A DNA stretch of 64,000 nt from Ancylonema sp. Taxonomy: Eukaryota. A model generated the notes under the pieces. The model made no database searches. It had not been told where the DNA came from and worked only from the letters and a program-made list of their open reading frames with translations. Of this stretch, positions 52,159 to 64,000 are shown piece after piece. The position numbers were made by a program, and so were the translations under genes. Position 1 is the stretch's first letter; each line of letters begins with the position of its first letter. The stretch covers positions 1 to 64,000 of the forward strand of contig JBFLGF010000047.1 in NCBI GenBank assembly GCA_050230475.1. The letters run 5' to 3'.

Positions 52159-52191
52159 AACGATTAGGGTCATATTATGACCCTAATCGTT
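52159..52191. repeat. Perfect 16-bp inverted repeat with a 1-nt spacer
   Basis: AACGATTAGGGTCATA-T-TATGACCCTAATCGTT. Confidence 0.9.
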
Positions 52192-52530
52192 CAACATTTT
52201 TACGCGTTGATGCCTTCTACTTATGAATCATGCATTCATAAATAATTACAATTTGCATGATATGCATGAGAGGTGCACTTGGTCTCCTCTATCGGTTGGT
52301 CGGTTACCCATCCAAAGAATCGCAGTTTACGTTGATGAAAAGCAATCCGAAACTACTTTTCGTCAAAGGTGAATAATTGACACAACTTCGCACACGCGCA
52401 ATGGTCGACATTGAGTTGGAAGACGACCTCTAAGTTCCCATAATATTCATCAAAATAATCACAGACAACAATGTACCAGCAAGAAATCATAGAGACGAGT
52501 ATGCAATGACATATAGGTGGCAATGAGCAC

Positions 52531-55500
52531 TCAAGATTTGGCCAAGGCTTGTGATTTTAACAAGTACAACAAAATGCCTCCCGCAACCGCGACATTCAAA
52601 GACTCCACTCCTCCAGGCATGGGGATTGAGACTCTCCTACAGTGCTCTATAGCGATTTCAGACACACCTTGACCTTCACTACCCAACACAAGGCAAATCT
52701 TGTCTCCTCTACATGCGACTTCCAAGCTATCTAAAGACTTTGCTTCTCCAACCACGCCCTCATTATCCTCATTCGGTATATTAGAATTGCCACTCTCGTC
52801 CCCGGGGTCTGCAGCGAACAAGGGAATGGAGTTTGTCGTCGTCCACGACAGCAAATCATCCCACTCTCCAACTATTAGCGGGAGCCGGAAGGCGCATCCC
52901 CGAGACGCACGTAAAGCTTTTTGGTTGAACGGGTCGCAACATCCCGGCAACAAAAAAACTCCATCCTGCATCAACGGGTATGAAAATAAGTTGACCAAAA
53001 AAAAAAACAGTTTGGTAATACCACTTCCTGCGGATTCATGTGGTTCCTGTACAAGAAATGACTTGTGCCAATAAAGAAGGACCAACAAAACAAAAGAAAA
53101 CAAAAAGAACACATGGACACACACACACACACACACATACATAGGAGCTACTATAGAAGCCTAGAATTAATTCAAAAAAATACAAAAAACCACTATTCGT
53201 AAAGTAGTACATGTTTCTCACCCATGCAAAAGCAGCTGCAGTTCGTAGCAAAGTCCCAAGATTACCCGGATCCTGGACAAGAGAAAAGAAGATAACCAAC
53301 CATCAAGACTTGCCTATATTAACAAACCGTTTTATTGGAAGATGTCACCGACACCGTAGCGATTGTCTCTCTCAAGACCCTCGAACATAAACGATAACAA
53401 CAACAATAAGATATAATCCCTAGCATAATCTCTAGCATAATCTCTAGCATAGACTTGTGTCCTCACCCTTCTTACGGATCACACCTCCGACATCCATCCT
53501 CACCCTAACAACACACTTTCTAGATCCCCACACCCCCGACATCTACTAAAACACGTACACGATCCCGGTTACGGGTTCCCCACCACACCCATAAATCAAT
53601 ACTGCACAACCCCCAACCGCCCCTCGTTTCTTGTCACCAACCCCCCTAGAATCCACCCCAGTCCACTTCTCTTTCTTTTCCTCACAATGGTTTCTCGCCC
53701 CCACAACTATCCCCAATCCCCTCGTGACGACATCATCCCGTCCCAACTACATCATCTTCCCCCCCCCATGAACATCACCTGAATCCCATCAAGTGCCACC
53801 ACGTGTTTCGCCCTCCCCCTCCAAGACTCCAACCACTCGGTCTCCCCACCCCCCCCCCCTCCTCCAACCCCGAGGTCAACAAATCCGCCGGGCATCTCCA
53901 TGACCCCAACCGCGTCCACCCCCTCCGAGGACTCCATCCCTGCCAACCGCCCCATCACGGCATCTGATACCCGGATCACTCTCGGGGGGTGGAGGTCCGC
54001 TAGGGCGGGGGGGAGGACGTCCTTCTCTCGGATGAAAAGGAGTTGGGGGCGGGGGCGGGGGTGAGGGGCGGCAAGGGAGGTGGACGACGTGCCACAAATT
54101 TCTCTGCAGGGTACGGCATTTGTTTTTGTTTTTACGGTTGGATTTCACTTGTTTCAATCACGTAGGTTTTTCTGTTTTGTACTTTGAGTTTTGTGAAACC
54201 GATTGGGGAGAGGTTGGTGAGTGGGGTTAGAGGGCTCCGATTTTAAGGATTTCAAAGGGGGGTAAGGGCTGTAGTGGTTGGACAACCGATATTTCAAAAG
54301 GGTTTGGGGTGTAAAGAAAGATATAGTACCGAGACCGAAGAGTCCCAAAATAAGGATTTTGTTTGGCGAAATACTAAAGTGGATTGAAAAATTGATAAAA
54401 GAAAATGAAAAAAGAAACGATATGACATAAAACTAATTGTGTTGTCCTCATGAAGAAGTATATATGTACATATATTTTGAAGATCAGACCCGGATGAGGT
54501 TCAAATAATGCCAAGTCTAGGTGTATCAAGACTATCAAGTCTAGTGAGGGGTCACTATCTGTGAGGATGACAGCAAGTGACTCATATACGGGCAAGCTAC
54601 CACCCAAAGCTATCGAATTCATACAAGGCAACCAATCAAAATAGAGTATAATCTGACATGAAATAGAATTGCAACGTGTAACGTGGGCTTCTTCCAGAAA
54701 ATGTGCAAGAATTCTGAAGTTTTGAGAGTCATTGTATCCGCCCCCGGGCAGGGCCGCATGTCGGCACCGTCGTGTGGGGCGGAAAAGGCGTTTTGACATT
54801 CAAGATGTTATCTTCAAAGCTTGTCAACGGGGTGTGTGTGGAGATATATATTTTTTGGGGTTTGTGGAGCATGCAGATGATAGGTACGCTTCAAATGAAC
54901 GAGATTGCATTACTTTTTTTTTTTTGGGGGTGGTTTTTCGAGTGGAAGCCCGCCCCAACAGACTTCTTAGAACGCCTACCAACTTACACCCGAAACAAAG
55001 TCCTCGAAGTGTTCAGAAAGTACGTTCAGAAAACTTCATTACACCCGAAACTGACCGCAAATATATCCACCGGGTTTCTCAAAAAAACAAGGGAAGGAGC
55101 GCGACACGACCAGAGAGGGGTAGACACTTAGGAAGGAGATACCCAACGAACACTAGTGATAGTTTATCAGGGTTGCATTGCCAGGGTTGAACTGTTACGA
55201 ACTTGAGGGGCGTGCCACCCACGATAAGGAGGGATTTGGCAGCTCTTCTGTAAGTGGAGCTAGTCCGCAGCTTCACGCAGTGCTTGATGTATGGATTGGA
55301 GGGGCTAGTGATGGTCTCCACCGACGGGAGAGGGGGGAACGAATTGCCTTCAGCCACGGTTTCTTTTTGCCTACGCCTAGAGTGGGTTGTCGTTGTAGAT
55401 GGAGATTCTGCCGTGATACCTATGCCTACTGTAGACCTGGAGGCTGCACTTGGGTCTGAGCCCGAAAGTGGGAGAAATCCGCGAAAACGATCTACATCCG

Positions 55501-55597
55501 AACCTGTATGGCTCATGCCCGGGATCGACAACCAGTCTGAGCTTAACTCAGTATGCGGAAGGGTCGCAAAGAGGCGCGCCATCGAGAAGCTCGTCAT
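52531..55597 (-). CDS. SpoU/TrmH-family tRNA/rRNA 2'-O-methyltransferase, about 401 aa, probably organelle-targeted
   Basis: Exons 55597-55203, 54103-53779, 53272-53222 and 52965-52531. Motifs ITSPSNPYIKHCVKL, LDGIQDPGNLGTLLR, LVLGSEGQG and IPMPGGVESLNVAVAG. Ser/Thr/Arg-rich N-terminus. Confidence 0.92.
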
Positions 55598-55729
55598 TGG
55601 GGCAATCGCAGGCAGTCCGCAGTCCTAATTTCTGACATGGCAGTTCAGCAGGAGTACTTTAGTACTTCAGGACTCGAGTACTTCAGACCCGGTCTGAGCT
55701 TCGGGCTCCGGCGGATCCGGGCTCAAGAT

Positions 55730-56600
55730 AGGGAAATACGGGCAAACGCCATCCGTCAACTGTCAACCGGAAACTGCCCAACTGCCGGTCGTCCGACCGC
55801 CGATTCACTAGACCTCCATCCCACCGCGAAACCGCCGCCTAACGGCCCAACCGCCCCAATCGGCGGCTGGCGGTCGGACTGCGGTAGGGGGTAGGGGATA
55901 GATATTCGTGAATAGGTAGAACGATTAGGTACGATTGGGTGCCATTCGTCTAAACTTAGCTTAGCTAATTAAGACTCAATGGTTGTAAATTGAACCGATG
56001 TATTGAACCGATGTTGCTGTCTGTGGGTCTACGACTTTTGCTGGAGACACTTCCTCCTTTATTTTGTACACGCCAACTATACCGTACATTTTCACTAACT
56101 TGTAATGAAGAACACTTATGACTAAAAGTTCTAGCCAAATACAATTTTGCTCCCTCCGATATTTTCATTAGGATCAATTTTTTCACAATTCTTCAACATA
56201 ATATTTCTGAAAATAAACGGCTACACATGCTAACCTTCGGTTGGTAATGAACACCGAATCAAATTCAATGTGAAAAACACACCATTCAAAATCGTGAATA
56301 ACCGAGGGTGTGAACAAATGATTGTATGATCGACCGTTCAAACCACTAATATATCAAATGTTGCAAAATAAGTTCAACCCAAAACAAATGTCCAACCGCC
56401 GTCCAACCGGTCCAAGCGCTTTTCAACCGTCGGCGGTCGGGCGGTTGGGTGGCGGGTGGGCGGTTGGTTGGCGGCTAGATGGCGGTTGGGTTGCGGTTGG
56501 ACGGTCGGGTGGCAGTTCGGGGGCTTGGGCGGCGGTTGGAGGCGATGGGCGGTCGGCCAAACGCCAACCATAAGGATTCTAGCGGTTGGGGACCATTCTA
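55730..56600. mobile_element. Degenerate CCGACCGCC/CAACCGCC-rich MITE-like element
   Basis: Inverted GC-rich subterminal arrays resembling those of 34748-36782. Termini and TSD not resolved. Confidence 0.4.
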
Positions 56601-59600
56601 ATCCATACCCCATATGAGCCCGGCTCCGAGTCCGGATCGGAACCTGAATCTTTTGAATTTCTTCAAAAGTAACAAAAAAAAACAGTCTTACAAGAAGTGC
56701 ACTTTGGTTGAAGGCCATCATGTTCATACCGGACAACGAACCCAACAAGATTCCTTTATTTTTCAAAGCAAGCAATCTATCAATGATTCGTAAAGTTGAC
56801 ACCGGGATTCCGTTAATTATTGTCGAGGCTCTCACGCAGACTATCGCTTCTACTAAAAGTTGTTGGAAATTGCTCCGAGTATAGAAGATCACCGCTTGGA
56901 GTGGGAAATACCTTCAATGTATACATCTAGTGGCGTATTGAAAGATATGTAAGCAAGTGTAATAGAGCCGCATTCGGGGCATGAGCGGCAAATATTACAT
57001 CTGCATCACCGAAGAGGCGGAGGGAAATAACGACTCATTCTCGACGTACATGAGAATCATAACCATACGCATGGTCATCCTTCAATGAGTCAGCAATTAT
57101 GTCCACGTAATAAACGAATTTGAACACTTATTGGACATTCGATCAAATTGATCACCGAATGGATGAATCACACACCCATCGAGAGCAATTGCTCGATCGC
57201 GAATCGATGGAAGCGAGGAAACAAAATGATGTATTTTAAATTTTATTATATTTGGGTTCTTAATTTGGTTTTCAGATACGATGTCGCTTTCCGTTGTCAC
57301 TTCAATATATTGTGCAAACATCGTACTTACCCGCTAAATGCCTTTAGTTGACCTCGAAAAAAAACTTGATTCTGATCGAGTGAATTCGAAAAAAATGAAG
57401 CACTTGGTAGAAGTGTGTAGATGGAAATCGTATCTATGTGACTATTTTCACGTCCAAAGGATAAACGAAACCTCCTTACTCCTTTTTATGAATCAACTTT
57501 TGGTTTCTATAAAGTCTACTCGCAAAAACAAACGAGTATCACACACCAACACTCCATATCTGACGATACAGTAATACTTATTGCTTACTAGCATAGTTGT
57601 AGCGAAAAAAAACAAAAACTTATTGGCATATTCTTTACACTTGTGCTTTGTTTCATGAACATATTCGACAAGTGGCGGCTCTTCTAATCCACATGTGCTT
57701 CCGCAATCCACACGCTAAAGTCCACATACCATGTCCACATGGATAATGTGTGTTGTTGTCACGTGTCTTCACTCGTCATTTCTACATCCGTATCGACTTG
57801 TGGGGAGGAAAAATGATGTTCGTCCATAGAAAGGGTCGGAGGATTCCCATCTCCTTGGGCCACCCATTCTCCAGATACACCCTCGATTTCGTCACCATCG
57901 ATTTGTGTGGGGGCTTTGGGCGTATTGTCAAGCTACGAACACCCAACCACCATCACCGGTCACCGTCATATCATACTTTTTCCTCTTTGTAGGAAGCCAT
58001 ACAATAAACTCTTGATATACAAAACATAAAAAAAAACGATTCAACAAAATACTCCCGCGAGCTGTTATTAAAATAAATCATATCCCTCTGTAGAGACACA
58101 CCGTTTGCAACGGCACCCCTTAAGACCTTTGGCTGGGTGTGATAATAGGCTGGTATAGAGGGAAACAAATGAAAATCATTGGCGTTCAGTGACATAGAGT
58201 TTAGTATATCGTACATAGCATCAGTGGCTATGTATCCGTGGATTACTGAATCGTTCGTCCCCATTTCCATTCCCCATTTTCCCACAATACATTGAAAGTT
58301 CAAACTTGATTCTTTCCCATTGGACTCGGATGTGATAAATAGGAGCCACTGCCTCAAATTCGTGATAATCTGAGTGCGGGGAAAGGGAAATAATGCTACA
58401 AGGGCATAAATGCTACAATGGGCAATAAGTGTGCGACAACACACGTAAAAAACACCGGGAAAAAAACATTGGTGAACCGCTAAGTACACGGTGACCCCCG
58501 ACATCATGTTATGGATACTTGCCCAATTCAATCCCAAAACCGCTATCATTGCTGACGAACTGATGAAGAGGCTAATAACCACGAAAAAATAAGTGCTTCG
58601 TCAATTTCGATATTGCAACTTGGAGATGTAGCTCACATTGTCACCGACCGGAAATGGCCTGTCACTCCTCTCACACTGTGCGCCACTCGCGGTATTCTCA
58701 TCGTTGGAAACGGGGAAAAGAGGTGCAACCTCTTGATCCATAGGATCCTCCTATGGCATCAAGAAAAAAAAAAACGGAAACGAAAGTAAAAACAAATGCA
58801 GCTCTAAATTCATGATAGTCTTCAGAAAAAAAAAATGGTATCGAGTTAGACTCGTACGTGGTGATGAATCGGAGGTGAATTGAGACACCAACCACCGGCA
58901 ATGCTAACGTTGGTAGGGATAGAAGATACCAGTGTGGTTGATAGCGGAGTCTGTGGAAGGCTTGCCACCTCAGCGCGTGGAGGCACATCATCAAAGACAG
59001 CGGACTCCATTTGCACCTACACACAATACACAGACCCAAAAGAATGCGTACCCGCACCTCATATTTTATTTGCTGGTTCTCTTGAAGGTGACCATTTGTA
59101 TTAATTGAGGTGAAAGTCGTGTATTATTAGACGAAGGTAGCGGGTTTAAGCCGCACAGGATAGAATAGAACAGAGACAAAAACAAATTTGAGACGTGGAG
59201 ACATATTGTAGTTTTTGCATTGTGTTTTCTCACGATTTTATCTTGAAGATAATACATGCGAGAAGATGCGTTCTACACATGTTGCTCCTTTTGTTATCAT
59301 TGAAGTGGATATCGGCAAGTGAAGGAGCAATGGGCGGGGTAGCCAGTCACTAATATTAAAAATAGTTATACATCGTATGTAGATCTCAATCCCGTTTTTT
59401 ATAGTTTGTGTAATACCTATGATCCAGCCACAAATCCCAACCATCGATACGTTTTAATCTTCTATCCGCCGGTAAATTGTCTAAAATAACGTCACATCAC
59501 TTCAAATGCTGATAACATAGTTGTGAGCCTCATGACTATACCGCCCGTGGTTCACGTATTACGTGATTGCTTTGAACTCCAAAAAAAAAACAATTTAGTT

Positions 59601-60922
59601 CAATTACATACGTTGATGAGTGGGATTTAGTGCGTAGAGTTGCATACAAATTACATGTGAAATTTGCGATGCTATGTGTGTCATATTTTGAATAATTTTC
59701 GGTGTTCACCACTTCAAATTAAAAGCGCTAATGCTAGACTATGCATACTACGCGAAAACCTCATTACAAATTTCAATTTCAATTTCAATTTCAATTTCGG
59801 AGAAGTCGGCCATTTCAATTCATTAATTTAAAAATGAAAAAAAAAATGAAAAAAGAAAAAGAAAAAAAAAGATTAAGGTTGTCGTGGAAATACTGGCTTC
59901 AAGTTGGTCATCGCCGATGAAATGGTCGAAAAGAGTTTTTAAGTCAATCACCAGCACATAAATACTCATTCATAAGCGATAAAATAACTAGTTTAAAGGT
60001 CGGTCATGATCAATGAATGGATTGGTTTTCAATCCGGTTATCACCGAGGAACTACTACGGAGTTTTCACGTCGCAATACATCATCATCATCATCAACAAC
60101 AACAACTTGCAAAGGGCTCGGGAAATCAGCTCACATCGTCGACAATCTGGACCGGCTTCCCTTTCTCTTTTTCCTCCACGCTGGCGGTACTCTCACCAGT
60201 GAGAGGAGGAAGAGGAGGTGGCGCATCTTGTACTAATTCCGACTATTGAAGCAACATAGGACAAAGAAAGCGAGGAACGTGAGCGTGAATGTGGCCCTCG
60301 AGTCACCATCGTGTGGTGTGTAGTGCGTTTTATTGAGTAAGAAGTGGTGTAAAAAAACATTTGGCCATGCTAATGGTCTAAGGCTCATGCTTGACTGATT
60401 CCGTGGTTGGTTTCTTGATTTTTAGATACCCCACCATCTCATATATTTTTTCTAGCATTCGTACGAGAAGTGCGGACGGCATATGCGCTTGCAAAATTCC
60501 ACGGCACCCCGTACTCATTATTTTTTTGGCGGAGATTCCCGAATTTTAAGTATGTAAGCAGTCCATGCTGATATTTTTAATTTAAATTAAAAAATGTGAA
60601 TTCAACTTTCGGGAAAAAACAAGAAGACATCGTAAAAATTGACATCTTTGACACACCACGCACATGAAGAAGAAGAATAAAACCGAAACGAATTACGACA
60701 CTCTTTTTCATGTTTTTTAATTAATAAATATGTAAATCACACTCCATAGTTCAAACTTGAGGGAATCTTCTTGGTCACACTACATGGGCATCGGGAGTTC
60801 TCACCGGGGGGTTCTGAGTTTCGGTCAGCACTTGACTCGTCTCTGGAACCTCTTCTTTTTTCTTGTCGCCGAGGGGAACCGATGTCACAAGAATCGACTC
60901 CATCGGATCCTCCGTTTCCTCC

Positions 60923-61035
60923 CGTGGCACGTCGACACGTGGCACATCCACATGTGGTACATCGACACGTGGCGCATCGACATGTGTTGGATCGACACGT
61001 GGCACATCGACATGTGGTGCATCGACACGTGGCAC
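60923..61035. repeat. 15-bp tandem repeat, about 7 units (ATCGACA[C/T]GTGGCAC)
   Basis: Units alternate CACGTG and CATGTG. It lies in the minus-strand ORF 60775-61146, where it encodes VDxP[R/H] repeats. Confidence 0.85.
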
Positions 61036-64000
61036 CTGGCTTTCAGTTGCCGTCTCCTCCTTCGCGGGTTGTCCCACCATTAGGATTGGTTCAGAAGGAT
61101 TTGTAATGCCTTCTACCACCGCACGCTTGTAGCTCTGGAAGTCCACGGTCCACGTAGGGACTGAGAGGTTTGACCGAGGGCAAGTTCCGTTACAACGAAA
61201 TAGGATTGAGTTTAAGTGGGATTCATCGTTGAGGGGCTTCGTGTAAAAGGCTGCCCAAAGTAGACTGGGATATAATGTATGATATTTTGCTATATGCTAC
61301 ATACTTTGCGATATGCTCCTTGCTACATGGCATAAAGCTATATGTTTGAGAAAATGGGGTCAATTGATGACGAAAAATATAACGGGCATCTTGCGAATGG
61401 GGGATACCATAGGCGTGTAGGGCGCAGGCATCTGGATTGGCCGTACCACCTCATGTGTCTTTTCCACGTCATCAAATGGATGCCGTACTGCCTCATCCGG
61501 TTTCACCACGCCAGCAAGGCCTGCGGCCTGCTTATGCCTCTGGAAAAATCCGAAGAAATTGATATTGTGCGAGTCATTAGTTGTACACTACCAAAAAATG
61601 GGCCTCATGCGTAATCGTGGATATATTTGTTTTCTACCATGTGATACAAAAGTGGATTAAAAAAGAGCATAACCAGTGCTACGTCTGACACTAAAACCTG
61701 GGAGAGAAGGCGACGAAAGTACAAAAAATACACATTGTGTATGTCGGCAAGTGTCCAGAGAAGATCAACATTTCTTCACCTTTTTTTTGTTTTTTTTTTG
61801 TTTTTAAAAAAATATTAATACTTCCTCTATGACATGACAGGCATGCAGTCGGTGCGTGTGTTCTTCTCACAAATCGTCCATAGCATATGAAGACAATTTA
61901 GAATGCCCTACGTCGATTTTTTGGATCTGGTTGCTTGGAGGCTGCGAGTTCGAGGAAATTTATCCCACCGGCTTTTTCATTTCCCTCTCCTCGGGCGCAT
62001 CGAAATTTCCGACTGGTCGCTTTTGGTTTTCGGGAACCTCCACTGATTTGAAACCTGTACCGGATAGAACCTCCACCGGCTTGGAAGGGGTGGGTTCTCC
62101 ACCAGATGGCACCTCCCCCTCCAGTTTGGGAGGGCTTTCCCGAAGCCCCTCGTACTCCTTGACCTGAGAGTGCTCTCAAATCGGTGATCAGTAAGTTTGA
62201 AGAATAGAGGTAAAGGTTAAAAACCAAAGGTAAACGAATGAACTCGAGTGGAATGAAGTCGGGTGGAAGGGTATTGTGCTTGAAAGGTGGGAACCGACCA
62301 AGTAAAACGCATTTATTTTCTGTGATTTTGGAACACCGATTATTGAGAAAAGGCTCATCGCTCGTACGGTAGGAGATGCACCCCTCCCCTATTCGTTTTG
62401 GAGTTTGGTCGATTTCCCACTCTTATCTTGCCCCCGCTTTGCCCTCCCAGGGCCCAAAAGACTTGCCATAGGCCTCTTGGGTGATTCTCGTACTTGAACG
62501 CATGATGGTTTCGGAAGCCGACTCCGTAGCCCTTGGTAGAGAACAACGGCGGGAGGGATCTACATGGATAGTAGAGACTGTCAATAACTGTCATAGAGCA
62601 ACAAAAAAAAAAACACAGAATCCACAAATTCATCCTCCGGTTTGAAAGAGATAAATAAGAAACAAGAAAGAAGAAAGAAGATAAGACTCTGGTCTAATGC
62701 CCAAAACATCCAAGTGTAATCCCCAAGAGACAGGTGCGTGTTCACTTATGGACCCGTTCACACGACACGTACCATAGCACAGATGTTGAGAATGATGCCC
62801 TTATCGGGTGACAAGTATCCCTCGCCCTCGATTATGTTTTCCATCGAAACAATCTCCTCAAACCGAAAAACGTCGTTGCGATCGTTGTGGATGGCGGCTT
62901 CAGAGCAACAGGATGTACGGAAATATTTTAGAAACTGATACTCTATTCAACTCGTACGGGCACAGTTACTACACTTCTAAAAGGCCCGGTCGTTATCTGC
63001 TGGTGGTTTTTAATTTGGTCGGAATTTCTGCCCCAGATAATACAAATGTTTGTATCATATCAAAGAAGATTGAGCGAGTTGGAGACTGCTGGTATCAAGA
63101 TTCGATGTCGGAACATTTGTTATCGGATTTTCAGAGTAAGGATGACACAAGATACTGGTCACAAAGTCTCTCACAAAACTCCGTGGGAAAACGAATAAGA
63201 AAAATAAAACCCAACCTCAACGTTGCACCAATTTACCTTCCACGATGGGGTCATCCGACTTCTGAATGGTTTGCAGCTTAATGACGTAGTCCACCTCCTT
63301 GCTCCATGAGTAGTTTTTTGTACTGGCCTTTTTGAGGTAGGCATAGAGGTATTGCACAGGATGTCCGCGAACGTGAAGACAAACCGACCTGCAACCACGG
63401 TATAACATACGAAGGTTTAAGAAAACAGCCTTGTATCGTTGCATGACTGGGTGGCGATGTAGCCCAGGTGACATTTTCTTCAAAATATGCCTTCTTGTAT
63501 TTCGTGACGCGGAGTTCATCAATGCGTCTTTGACGTTCCAGACTCTTCATGTTCTCCTCCAAAACTGTATATAAAATATTGATGGGCGGGAAGAACAGAC
63601 ACTGAAGTTCAGACTGCAGCCGTGTATGAAAGGATGCGAGACGTGCCACGGTGAATGTATCATAGAAAGAACTCCTGACATACGGTACACGGAAGAACCT
63701 TCGTAAAACACCTTACGGTCTCAACACTAAAGGACCTTACCATTTCTCGTTGAGGAACTGGAATGCGTCGGAATCGATGCAGCGACACTCTGAACTTCTG
63801 CGTTCGAGTTCTGAAATACTCCATCGACACATTTCGATCTCGCACATGTCAATGCGTTTCACTCGGGAAGGAGAATACTCCTTCGCGTCTACGGGCTCAC
63901 GGGTTGCTGCTCCCCAAGGTCTATCCCAGCCACGATCACTGATCTGCTGGCCTGTGCCTCGTCTGTTGAAGGTCATATCGCTCGTGTCGTCGAAGAAATT

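Overview
Eukaryotic nuclear DNA from a green plant. It is probably a streptophyte: the PSY exon sizes and the EER5 and beta-adaptin peptides are land-plant-like, but the species cannot be determined. I assembled nine spliced gene models by hand from splice sites, intron phases and recognisable peptides: a DnaJ-type zinc-finger protein (+), a secreted purple acid phosphatase missing its catalytic-core exons (-), an FSH1 serine hydrolase (-), a CCCH/G-patch protein (+), EER5/THP1/PCID2 (-), phytoene synthase (-), beta-adaptin AP-1/2 beta (-), RAD51C (+) and a SpoU/TrmH RNA methyltransferase (-). Intergenic DNA carries many hAT-type MITEs with 8-bp target-site duplications (two of them nested), a TA-flanked Tc1/mariner-type MITE, a CRE/R2-like retrotransposon relic and microsatellites. 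The region from about 57 to 64 kb is degenerate and unresolved. The most striking observation is that two conserved, otherwise intact housekeeping genes each carry one in-frame TAG at a conserved residue: beta-adaptin at codon 13 (Lys) and EER5/PCID2 at codon 96 (Glu). TAG also serves as a terminal stop in this window. Recoding or RNA editing, regional gene decay and consensus error cannot be told apart from the sequence alone. All family assignments rest on remembered motifs, not on database searches.
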